IMG/VR virus record: IMGVR_UViG_3300009011_000001 | Coordinates: 1 to 64,000 of that record | Strand: one strand, 5' to 3' | DNA: 64,000 nt | Position numbers and translations under genes: made by a program | Notes under the pieces: model-generated | Seen by the model: only the letters and a program-made list of their open reading frames with translations | Told to the model about the DNA's origin: nothing | Databases searched by the model: none | Shown here: positions 9,466 to 20,100 of the stretch, one piece after another | Numbering within the stretch: position 1 is the first letter of the stretch | How the letters are laid out: the number at the start of each line of letters is the position of its first letter

Positions 9466-9984
9466 ATGTTAAAACAATGGTTAATGAAACTGCTTCGCCG
9501 ACCAGCGGCAGTGGAACCTGAACCTGAACCAGAGCCATTGTCTGATGATCCATGGAAAAGGAGCCAACAGCTTTCTGCTCCTGCTTACATGCTGATGCTG
9601 GATGAGCTTAGCGTCGATCATTTTGACTACTCGGTCAATGTCTGTAGCGATAACATTTACGAGTTATTGGCGTGGCTCGAAATCTCTATACGATGCATTG
9701 AAACCGAGGGTTCGGTCACGGAAGAATGGAAACTGGACCAAAGGCTACGTGAACCGATGACGATTGTGGATTACTACTTCCACGACAAGACGGGTTACTG
9801 GCATCCTCAGGAAGTGTGGATTCAGGTGCTCGAAAAGATCCGAATCATACATCATCTACTTGACGTGAAGGAGATTACTCCTAACCACGTTTACTACGCT
9901 TACATGCGCAAATACTTGACCGTAGTTGTCAGGGACGTTGTGCAGGTATTGGAAACCACTCTCGCTTTCAGCAACAAATCCTAA
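9466..9984 (+). CDS. Hypothetical protein, 172 aa
   Basis: AAGGAGG RBS. Confidence 0.8.
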   Translation: MLKQWLMKLLRRPAAVEPEPEPEPLSDDPWKRSQQLSAPAYMLMLDELSVDHFDYSVNVCSDNIYELLAWLEISIRCIETEGSVTEEWKLDQRLREPMTIVDYYFHDKTGYWHPQEVWIQVLEKIRIIHHLLDVKEITPNHVYYAYMRKYLTVVVRDVVQVLETTLAFSNKS

Positions 9985-10038
9985 AGTCAGACCATCGCTT
10001 ATGCGTAAGCCTGCACACGTTTAAAGGATATTACCGCC

Positions 10039-10476
10039 ATGACGACTCGCAAGAGATCACAACGGTCCACGTTTCGTGAACTGCTGCTTGATCACACGAA
10101 GAAACTTGACCTCAGCGAAAACGAGCTCGCCACTCTACTTCGCGACATGCTGCTCACCCATGGGATCTCACCGTCGCAGTGGGACAAAATGGCCGACCTG
10201 TATTACAGAAGGCTCAACACTAACTCGAAAGGGGAAGTGGATCTTCTGAAGGTCACGCACGATAAGAGTAACATGGCCAAGGCTCTGGCTAAGGACTCCA
10301 TCCCCTGGCGTCGATTCACTGCAGCAATTAACATCCTCGGTGTTAAGAGCTACAAGATCGCCGTGGAACTTGAGTTCCCGAATGACGTCACCTACAAACA
10401 TGAAGTACTGGTAAGGAACCGGACGTATGGCCAGCCCGCACTCGATGAAGACGAGGACGATGACAATGGCGAATGA
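10039..10476 (+). CDS. Conserved hypothetical protein with basic N-terminus and acidic tail, 145 aa
   Basis: AAGGA RBS; overlaps the next gene. Confidence 0.8.
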   Translation: MTTRKRSQRSTFRELLLDHTKKLDLSENELATLLRDMLLTHGISPSQWDKMADLYYRRLNTNSKGEVDLLKVTHDKSNMAKALAKDSIPWRRFTAAINILGVKSYKIAVELEFPNDVTYKHEVLVRNRTYGQPALDEDEDDDNGE

Positions 10477-10951
10477 GCTGCCCGATCCGAAAATGGATAA
10501 CAAAGATCATATTCGAATCGATCTAAACGCAGCCACTCGTCTTGGGCGCCTCCTGCCGTTGTTGGCGGACGTCAAAGTCAGCCACCCTACTCTCGGTGTC
10601 TTTCGAACCGGACAAGGGCTGTGGGAATACCTCAAGATCGATCAGGATGTAGTCGAACGAGACATTGAGGAGCTTCGAGTCGCCAGCGGCTTCGACGCAA
10701 AGAAGATCAGCGATAAGTATCAGCCCAAGTGGAACAAAGCGCTCAGGAATGAAATCAAGTTGGCCATGCGATCCAAGATCGAGGACAACGAAGAGATCTA
10801 CAAAGCTTTCGTTGAGAGCGTACTTCCATTCCGCTATTACCACATGTTGCGCAACAAGAAAGTGATTGAACCGAAAGAAACAGTTTGGGTAGCCGAATGG
10901 CTTAACGAACTACGAAAAGAGTTGAAAGAAAAAGTTAGCAAGACGAAGTGA
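10466..10951 (+). CDS. T4 gp30.3/NADAR-like protein (tentative), 161 aa
   Basis: GAGGA RBS. DHIRIDLNAATRLGRLL...HPTLGVFRTGQGLWEYLK resembles the recalled DHINxxxxxxTxLGRxLS...G.F.s.EgfW.yl pattern. Confidence 0.5.
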   Translation: MANELPDPKMDNKDHIRIDLNAATRLGRLLPLLADVKVSHPTLGVFRTGQGLWEYLKIDQDVVERDIEELRVASGFDAKKISDKYQPKWNKALRNEIKLAMRSKIEDNEEIYKAFVESVLPFRYYHMLRNKKVIEPKETVWVAEWLNELRKELKEKVSKTK

Positions 10952-10955
10952 TCAA

Positions 10956-11005
10956 ATACAGCAGAGGCGAAAGCCTCTGCTGTATGCCCTTCTTTCTTTT
11001 TTTTT
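10956..11005 (+). terminator. Intrinsic terminator, CATA...TATG family
   Basis: 13-bp stem ATACAGCAGAGGC-gaaa-GCCTCTGCTGTAT followed by a long T tract. Confidence 0.85.
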
Positions 11006-11039
11006 GTTTATCATGTGAACCAAACTGAGGGTGGGGTCA

Positions 11040-12047
11040 ATGAGTAGTCGTCTTTCAAACACGATCTTCCAAACCAACGGTCGTGACGCAATGATCGTTG
11101 AGGATGCCTACCGCATCTCGAACGACGCACCAAAGAACACCGTCTTTGATTCCCTTAAAGGGGTTTACTCTGACGGCATTGAGGGACTGAAGACTAACAC
11201 CAGTTCCGTTAAAGAATTAACCAACCTTATTCTGAGTGCTAAGCGTGGCACAGTGGATAAGGCAGATATGTTCGAACGCGCATTGAGTGCGATGGGTTCG
11301 TCCCTTCCATCTCTGCTGGGTTCGATCGGTGGTGCGCTTAAGAACCAACTGGCCTCTGTCGCCGGTACTCTCATCGGACCTGATGCTGAGAAGAACGTTA
11401 ACATCATTTACGGAAACCTTGACAAGATCATCAAGGTGGCTGGTGTTAACGACATCGATGGTCTCGCTGAGATTGTCAATGAGCTGACTGGCAATAGCGA
11501 CCTGATGAAGGTCATCAACATCGAGGCCGAAGCCGCCATCCTTGGTGGTATCACGCAACAGTTGCTGCGGTATGGCATTCCTGATCTTGTCGACGACGTC
11601 ATGGCGCAGTCGGCCAGCGACGAGGCAATCAAGAAGGCTTACCAGTTCGTCTCCACCGATTCCATTGTGGGCACGGACCTTGCAACCATCAACCGAGTGC
11701 TCGACAAGATTGGTCTGGCTGCGTATTTGGAAGTCAATCCGAATCCGATCAAGAACATCTTGGGCAGTTTCTATTTCGGTACCGATGACACGATCGATAA
11801 GTGGCCTGCAAAACGAGCGCTGTTGCTCAGCACCCTGAACCGGATCGACCCACATTGGGAAGAGTACAATCGTAACGGGACCTACGTGAAAGATCTGAAT
11901 GCCTTCACGACAGCATCAACCGATGCGAAGAAGCTGCTGAACATGGCAGATCCTGAAGCACTACTTACACTGATCGGTCCGTCATTCTTGTCGACTGGTG
12001 TGAGTTCGGTCATGAAAACCCTCTACCCTGAAGCCTACATCACCTAA
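11040..12047 (+). CDS. Virion structural protein (phiKZ-family tail/baseplate-associated), 335 aa
   Basis: GAGGG RBS. N-terminus (LSNTIFQTNGRDAMIVEDAY) resembles recalled phiKZ-family virion proteins; next to the tail module. Confidence 0.55.
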   Translation: MSSRLSNTIFQTNGRDAMIVEDAYRISNDAPKNTVFDSLKGVYSDGIEGLKTNTSSVKELTNLILSAKRGTVDKADMFERALSAMGSSLPSLLGSIGGALKNQLASVAGTLIGPDAEKNVNIIYGNLDKIIKVAGVNDIDGLAEIVNELTGNSDLMKVINIEAEAAILGGITQQLLRYGIPDLVDDVMAQSASDEAIKKAYQFVSTDSIVGTDLATINRVLDKIGLAAYLEVNPNPIKNILGSFYFGTDDTIDKWPAKRALLLSTLNRIDPHWEEYNRNGTYVKDLNAFTTASTDAKKLLNMADPEALLTLIGPSFLSTGVSSVMKTLYPEAYIT

Positions 12048-12050
12048 CAG

Positions 12051-12082
12051 CATACAGCCAGCCCTTGCGGGCTGGCTGTATG
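12051..12082. terminator. Bidirectional hairpin, CATA...TATG family
   Basis: Perfect 14-bp stem CATACAGCCAGCCC-ttgc-GGGCTGGCTGTATG between convergent genes. Confidence 0.8.
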
Positions 12083-12086
12083 TCGG

Positions 12087-14045
12087 CTATGGCCGGTCTG
12101 TGGGTCTTGATACAGCTTTGATAATGTCACCGGGTAGGCTGTTCATCAAACCGCTTACAACGCGGTCTGGCGACTTCCACTGGTTATACGCTGCTCGACT
12201 CTGAGCCATGTTCAGCTGCCACTTACGCGTACTGTTGATCATGGTGTTCAAAGGCAAGCCGCCCAGCGTCGCCATCCAGTCAGTCCATTTGTTGTCTTCA
12301 CTGTACGTCGACTTGTTCAAAGCAGTCGCAGCAGTAACGCCCGCGCTACCTGCAACAACTTCAGCACCGGCCGTAAGAGCACCGGACAAACCGCTGAAGG
12401 CTGGGTTGATTGGCATCGACATGATGGTAGACAAGTCCACGATCGTGATGTGTACGTCGATACCCAATACCTGCCCGCCACGTTTCCAGCCCACATCGCC
12501 CACACCCCGCTCGATGGTCAGCGATTCCACCATGCCTTCACGAATCAACGTGTGACCTTGGTTGAACACTTCGAGCAGAGGAGGGCCATCGTAGGACGCC
12601 ATACCCGTAGCACGAGGCAAGGACATTGCCAAGATACCACCCAAAGGAATCATCAGGTTCTTCAATCGAACCCAATCATCGCCTGCCCACGAACGAAGAG
12701 GAATGGTAAACGTAGTCCGGTTCAAGTCTGCAGATGACGATTCGTACATCTTCTGAATGTCAGCAAACGAGTTACCGGCCAGCGCTACCAGACCTTCGAG
12801 CTGTGCAGATTCAAGGATACCCTTGGCGACGTTAGAGACCACCTCAACGGCTTTACCAACAAACCCTGCCACGTTACCATCCGCCAGGTTAAAACGCGCC
12901 ATACGAGCTTTGGAGCTCATTGCGTTGATCTCTGTCTTGATGGATGGCTCTGTCGCTTGGTTGTTGAAAGAGTCGCTGTTGGTTGGGGTGAAGTTTACAC
13001 GCAGAGTAACGAAGTCCGCACCCATGTGACGTTCGGATGTGTACGCGTTACCCGCTTTTGTCCACCAGCCTTGGTCGTCGTTTTCGTCTGGATACTTCTC
13101 GGAGTTATACGAATCCTTCTCGTTGTACTTACCGAGGAATGCAAGGTACGCAGACTCGTAGTCGGCCAGAGAGGCGCCAGGATCGTCAAGATCCATCAAC
13201 GAGTTATCCACACCGTCGTAGAGGATGCGGTTGAACTCGTCAGCGCGTTTTGCTGGGTCACCGGTCAGGTTAGCCAGAGCATCGTCCATCTTCTCGCGAT
13301 AGCGGTTAGCCAGACGTTGCGCTTTGGTCGACATACGGAACACGTCGATCCCGCCATCCGTCATCACGATACCGTCGTTCAGCACACGGTTCATGGACCC
13401 AATGTCTGCAGTCCCCGGAATGGTCAGTGGATCGAAGTAACGTTTTTGAGCATCGTTCGTGAAGTGAGGGGAAAGACCCATGTTCACAAACATCCCGTTC
13501 ACAAAACCACTGTACGCCAGCCAGTACGAGTACATGGCAGGTTTCAAGTAGTAGTACTTCGAACGAGGCATGCCTACGAAGAACTTAAACATCGAGCCGG
13601 CCAGAATGAACGGCTGCAGAGGAAGCGTACCAATAAAGCCCGCTACCTTACCGATGCTAAACCACAGATCAGGCGCACGGCCCGTACGGGCCATGGAACC
13701 TGCGTGAACGTTGTAGAAGTTACCGAAGAAGTTCGTCAGCGAGTTGAACTGAGGAACGCCACAGCGGATGTGAACCAGCTGAGCGTTATCGTCCAAGATC
13801 TCGCTATACCACCGACCCATGGGTTCAGCACTGGAGAAGATCGATGGGTGGCTGATATCGCAGTTCTCTGTGAATTGCGATAGCGGGTTAATTGCCCAAT
13901 GCCCGCCCATTGTTGTATCGATAAACTTGCGAGACGAAGATGTGCGAAAACGCCGATTGTTGTCCACCGAGTCAGACAAAGAACTGGGTGGAGCCAGAAA
14001 CGCGTGTCCAGCCCAGCTCTTGTCTAGCACGTACTTACGCGCCAT
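12087..14045 (-). CDS. Tail/baseplate structural protein (phiKZ gp182-like), 652 aa
   Basis: KFIDTTMGGHWAINPLSQFT motif; directly downstream of the tape measure; AAGGGG RBS before ATG 14045. Confidence 0.8.
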   Translation of the reverse strand: MARKYVLDKSWAGHAFLAPPSSLSDSVDNNRRFRTSSSRKFIDTTMGGHWAINPLSQFTENCDISHPSIFSSAEPMGRWYSEILDDNAQLVHIRCGVPQFNSLTNFFGNFYNVHAGSMARTGRAPDLWFSIGKVAGFIGTLPLQPFILAGSMFKFFVGMPRSKYYYLKPAMYSYWLAYSGFVNGMFVNMGLSPHFTNDAQKRYFDPLTIPGTADIGSMNRVLNDGIVMTDGGIDVFRMSTKAQRLANRYREKMDDALANLTGDPAKRADEFNRILYDGVDNSLMDLDDPGASLADYESAYLAFLGKYNEKDSYNSEKYPDENDDQGWWTKAGNAYTSERHMGADFVTLRVNFTPTNSDSFNNQATEPSIKTEINAMSSKARMARFNLADGNVAGFVGKAVEVVSNVAKGILESAQLEGLVALAGNSFADIQKMYESSSADLNRTTFTIPLRSWAGDDWVRLKNLMIPLGGILAMSLPRATGMASYDGPPLLEVFNQGHTLIREGMVESLTIERGVGDVGWKRGGQVLGIDVHITIVDLSTIMSMPINPAFSGLSGALTAGAEVVAGSAGVTAATALNKSTYSEDNKWTDWMATLGGLPLNTMINSTRKWQLNMAQSRAAYNQWKSPDRVVSGLMNSLPGDIIKAVSRPTDRP

Positions 14046-14078
14046 AACGAACACCCCTTGGAGTTAAACAAAAGAGGC

Positions 14079-14098
14079 GGAGGCGGTTTCCCGCCTCC
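14079..14098 (-). terminator. Hairpin between tape measure and gp182-like gene
   Basis: GGAGGCGG/CCGCCTCC stem with GAAA loop and T-rich tail on the minus strand. Confidence 0.55.
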
Positions 14099-14104
14099 TT
14101 ATCC

Positions 14105-17100
14105 TCAGGTCACTGCCTGTCCACGTTGGGTCTGTACAGGAGATTTCCGAGCAGGTTCCATCTGTCTCGGAGCAGGAGTTGGAGCGGGTTGTCCCGGACT
14201 ACCGCCACCGGTGCCTTTATTCACGAGCTGCATGATCGCTTGGCGGATTGCCAGGATGTTGCCATCCATCGATTGAGCCACCAGCAGATGTTGCTGCAAG
14301 AGTCCGTTTATGTCGCTGGACGCTTGAGCTTGCTGCTCATAATTTTTAGCAACAGTGTCAGCAGCGGCTGCACGAGAGGCCGTCGGTTGCGCACCCACCT
14401 TAGGAGCAGGAGGAGGCACAAACGCTGGAGCGGCGCCAGTATCAGCAACCGGAGTTGCAGCACCGCCGCCAGTCGGAGCAGTCCCGTTGACTTCCTGAGC
14501 GATGTCAGCCGTCATTGGAGCGCTTGGACGCGGCGTCACTTGTGTAGCGCTAGGCGTGCCGGCTGCAGCACCGTTAGCAGCGTTGGCCGCATCCAGTGCC
14601 GAAACAGCCGCACCAGCCCCAGTTGTGTTTTGACCATCTTCTTCAGCACCACCGGTATTAAACGCCGGAGCCGCACCAGACTTGTCGATCGCCACACCGC
14701 CTTTCGGCCCTTGAGCTGCACCCATCCCTGCTTTCTTCTTCCCGATCTGAATACGACGATCGAGTTCCTGCTTCACCTCACCTACCGAGCGCAATCCATT
14801 TGGACCGTAGAAAACAGACTTGTTGTTTTCAATAGCCGCTGAGCTCACGTAGTTACCGGACGATTCATTGTTCGGAGCTGCCAAGAACTTCTTAGCGCCG
14901 CCAAGACCAAGGAAGTGAGCTGCGTAGAGATCGACATCGCTGACGTTTCCGCCGAGGATAGGCGAGAGCCCTTCGTAGTTTTCCTTGAGGTAGCATGCAC
15001 CGAGAATCGCGTTCGCCCGTGGGTCAGATGGTGGGGTATTAGGAGCAATGCCGTAGGTAGCGCCGTACTTCCTAATCATGTCCGCCCATGTCCCTTTAAC
15101 AAACTGGAACAGACCGAAAGCAATCCCGGAGGATGCATTAGGGTCAAGGCCGGATTCCACAGCTGCCACGTTCAGAGCAATGTTCGGATCGAACCCCACC
15201 ATCTTGGCCGCAGCCGTAATGATCGGACCCATCGCGTCAATGCCCTTACCGGTATTGTTCGGCAGGGAGTTGATGTCACCGCCTGTACCACCACCAGGGT
15301 GCTGTACCTGCGTACCAGACGGACCAGACATCAGCATTGCGCCAGTGCCGTATCCAACGGATTGACCTTTAGCACCGCCCGCTACTGCACCTTGCCCGTA
15401 GATCTTCGCGTAGTTCGAGAGCGTTGGGCCAGATTGGTTTACCCCGGAACCTGAGGCGTTTGCACGCTGGTTACCGAGAGCAGTGTTGAGCAGAGTCTTT
15501 CCGTAATCATTCGGGTCTTGGTTCTTTTGGGCTTCCATCCCCTTGACATCAAGAACCTTCGCATTGTCACCACGGTCCAGTGCATCAATGTAGGACTTAG
15601 TGGAACCCGCCATCTCTTCCAGCAGTTCGCCCGGCCATGGAGAGTTTGCAATCTTCCACACGCTGGTCTGCCCCATTGGGGTATCCGCAACGGCTCGAGT
15701 TGTCTCGTCCAATACCTCGCGCATCAGCACGCCGGTCAGGTTACCTGGAGCATTCTTCGCATCACCGTTGTAACGACGACGAACGGAAATAGCGTACTGC
15801 AAGAATGTTGGGATGAAACGGAAGCGAACCCACTTCTGAACGTCGGCACGCATTACTTCGTTTGCAGGCTTGAAGATGTCGATGGCGCGATTTTCCAGAT
15901 CGTCCATGTTGCCGTTCAAGGTCGCCTTACTTGTCCCGACGTAAGACACCGCAGGCCAGTAGATTTCTTCAACCTTCTGGAGCTGGATGCACTTATCGAG
16001 CTTCATCTCCTTCAGACCGTACGTCTTGTAACGCACAGCTGTTGGGATGTCGAGGCTAGTCTGGATCTTCATCCCTGCCGCAACGCCTGCTACCGTGGTA
16101 GGCAAACGTCCACTGCGTACAGATTGCTGAATGATCAGACCCTTAGCGATCTGTGAAGAATCGCCAAAACCATTCGCAGCCACACCTACAGTCGCTGCAG
16201 CAGCGACCGCATCAACGTTGCCAGTGGCGACAGCGTTGTCCATCTTCATTTTCTTCTGTTCGCCGCCCAGCTTACGGCGACCACGCACCATCTTAATTGC
16301 CGACGCAACGTCACCGGAATCTTCAGTCAACTTCCCATCAAAAGGAGACGTCGCTAGATCGTCGTAGACTTTCTGCATCCCTGGAGCATCGACAGTGCTG
16401 AGGAAGGTCTCGATGTCACCATCGCCAATGCCATCGTCAGCACTGGAAAGATCGGTGGTGTTTCGGATCTTCTGCATGGCGCTACAGTGGGCCAGGAAAA
16501 CCGGTTTGAATCGGTTCTGGATCCACATGAACAACTGGTTGCGGCGTTCCGGATCTTGCGCATCAAATAGATCGAGCACCGACCCCAGTTCCATCTTGCC
16601 TGGATCGATACTTGCCTGGCCATCCTTGGTGACGGTAACGCCTCTCCGGACCATGCCTTCGAGTTGCACCATCATGTTGACGCGTTTTTCATCAGTAGGG
16701 TTCACACCGTACTGAGTCATCCGCAGATAAAGGAGAGGGAATTTCTCAGCTTCGCTGGCCTTGTACATCCGGTAGCCGACATACGCCGCACCACCAACTG
16801 CAAGCGCACCAATTACAACTGGAGCACTCAGCACAGACCCGAGAGCAACGGCGCCCTCAAGAAGCATTGGAGCTGCCCATGTAGCTGCAGCCAATGCACC
16901 GCGACCGGCCCAGCTGCCGAATCGTGCGAGCATACCGCCACCCGGCACTTTCCTGACAAGCTTGCCGCCCTTCTCCATCATCTTGCCGCCGGTGCGGCGC
17001 AGCCATCCTTTCTTACCGCCACCCCGAGCACCACGTCCGCCACGGCCTTTACGACCACCGTGATCTGCGATGTCAGACAAGTCAGCAGCATCTTCCAGCA

Positions 17101-20100
17101 GGCTGCTTTCTCCGGCTTCCTCGGTTGTTTCTTTAAGCTCTTCCAACTTCTTGTCGAGGTGTTTGTCCATTTCCTTAATGGCTTCGACAACCTTCTCGGA
17201 ACCAGTACCATCGCCACCTGCCCCGCCTTCCTTAGCAGCCAGTTTTTCTTTGCGGCGTCTGATAATGTCCTGCCACGACCAGTCACGAGTTCCGTCACCG
17301 TCCGTGTCTCCATGAACTTTCTCCTGATCCCAGCGAGACTTCATGAATTGCAGGATTTCCATTTGGACCTGAAGCTGCTGCCCACTGATCTCTACAGCGG
17401 CAAGTGACATCTCGTCATCGAGCATGCCAACAGCGCCGTTCTTGAACTTGCCCATCACAAAGTTCTTGAGGCCACGTCCTGCCGCCCCAATCATCTTGCC
17501 CAAGCCCTTATAGAACGCCATGGTTTTCTGACCGTACCACTTAGCGGCTTTACCCGCCATCTCAAGAGCACGTCCAGTTCCGTGGATGACCTTACCGCCA
17601 ACCGTGTACAGCAGGGAACCGTTTACGGTGTAGAACGATTTGTATTGATCGATCTCCTTTTGGGAAACGACCTCTACGCGGTTACCATCGGCATCCATCT
17701 CGTAGACTGGGCCTTTGATATCCTTGAGTGATGTGATGACCGCACCTTCAGCTGTACGGTACGCGCCCTTCTTCATGAGAACGGATCGAATCCTTGGTTC
17801 CGTATCCCCTGGCAGGTATGCGTCGAACTGCGTGAATTGATCGAGTACAGCACGACCAACAATCTTCGCAGCGCCCCACATTACGCCGTAAGTACCACGC
17901 ATGTAAGCCTTGGTACCTTTGGCCAACAAACCGCCCATCTTCAAACCAGCGCGTGAGAAGAACCCAGCAAGCGACTCACCTGTACCGCTGAACAGCCCTT
18001 GGTCAATGTCTTCTTGCGTCAACACGACTTCGTTCGTTCTTACGTCCTTAACGGGACCGGTGATGTCTTTAAGTTTCTCAACCGTTTTCTTGCTGTTGAT
18101 ATCGAAGTAGTAACCCTTACGAATATCGCGTGCCAACAGAGTCGGCTCTTCCTCCCCCGCTTTGTGTACGTCGGAAATACCAAACCCATCAAGCGCTTTG
18201 AATGGAAACTTTGCAGCTCCAACCGCAGACTTGATGCCAAACTTTGAAGCACTGAAGATCGAACCGTACGACCACTTGAGATACGTGCCAAGCATCTTGC
18301 CAGCGCTAAACAAGCCGCCTTTAAGTTTCTTCGCAGCACCGCCCGCACCCTCACGGATACTGGCATCGTACCAACGACGCTTGATCTCAGCGATTTGTTC
18401 CTGAATAGCTGAATCGAGATCGCCACTTGGACGACCAGGAGTTGGCGACCCATCTGGACCCGGAGGGCCCTCACCGGCGCTACCAGGGTTATTCGCACCA
18501 GCACTCGGAATCAGCTGAGCGATCAGACCGAGGAGTTCGCCATTTTGAGAGGACGAGCCAATCAGACGATCGAGCCGCAGATGCGTTTGCTCATCATGCG
18601 CTTTGATAACGTCTGGCCATTCGATCTGAGCCTGAACGGTTTGACTTGGAGTTGGGGAAGGACCACTCGGACCAGCGCCATCGGGACGGACAATGGAACG
18701 ACCGAGGTTACGGTTCAGGCCACGTTTAAAGATATCGACGCTATCGTTATTCGCGCCACGTTCAATGGCAGCCTGACGCTCTTCCTCCTTCTTGCGCTTA
18801 TCGACCATCAACTGTCGCCACTGTTCAGGCGACAGAGATTTCTTGAGCTTCTCTTCATCCTTCGGATCGAAGTCATCGCCGGAGTTCACGATCAGGTCGT
18901 AAACTTTATCCAGGTCAATGATGTCACCGCTGCTACCGTTGTAACGAGACAGACCAAGGTCACGCCAAACACGACGACCAGTAACGCCAGACAACAGATT
19001 CATCCGCGCACCGAATTCAGGTAGGCGGCTCTGCACTTCAGAGAACTTGTCGGCCACATCGAGACGATGGGTTTTGATTTCCTCTGAGTTGTCCATCTGT
19101 TCGCCTGTTGGAGACAGGCCAAACTTGGTAGCGAAGAATTCGATCAGCTCGTTTGCAATGTCTTCTGGTTCATCGCGCCAAGTATCAATCTTGACGTAAC
19201 GAGAAGGATTGAAACGATTAGCGCCTGCCATGTCCTTCATCAAGTGTCGACGAAGAGCACGTTTTGCTTGAAGCGAAATGTCGCCAGCGCCCATCTGACG
19301 GAGCAGGCTATCCACGCTATTACGCAGGGCTTCGCCGTTACTGTCGAGGAGCGCCATTTTGACGTGTTGCTTGTTCAGCGTGGAGCGATCAACGAAACCA
19401 CCGCTATAATGGCTCCATGCAGCCTCTTCGTGATCTTCACCGGTAACCAGGACTTTAAGCGAGCGGTCAATGCTAGCCATGTAGCCAGGCATGATGCTGG
19501 TAACCGATTCGTAGAACAGGTTATCCATGTACGCAGGCTTGTCGAGATCTTCCAGATCCTTACCGCGAATCGAACTGGTCGCACTGTAGGTGTCGAGCAT
19601 GCCTTTAAGGGCTTCTTCACCAAGACCCAAAATACCAGTACGAGTACCTTCCGATTTAGCGTATTCGTTCAATCGTTGAGGGATGGACGTCAACGCATCA
19701 CGAAGAACGTTATTGCCTTTGCTGAAGAACTTGTTACCGGCGATGTTCTTGCCGTAACGGTCAGACAGCATACTGATCAGATATTCAACGCCCTGAGCAG
19801 CAGCATCACCGGCAAAGCTACCCAGCATATCGCCAACCATGTGGCTACGCGACATACCCGGGCCGGACATTTGGTTGATCTGACCAAACACATCCAGACC
19901 AGCGCCCAATGCTTCACTGATGTTGCCTTTCAGCCCACTGAAATAATTCGAGGTGAACTTGTTAACAGTGTTGAGCGCGCCGTTTGCCAACTTGTTCGAC
20001 AGCTGTTGTTTTACAACGTCAGCATGCGTCATCTTGACAAAGTCAGGAAGCGCAGTGTTATCGAGGATGTTGTTGAGTGTTTGTTCGCTGCGTGCAAAGT

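Noticed and set aside
9511-9537. Short GAACC(T/A) repeat giving EPEPEPEP
   Set aside because: Low-complexity linker of about four units; no sign of a phase-variable tract.
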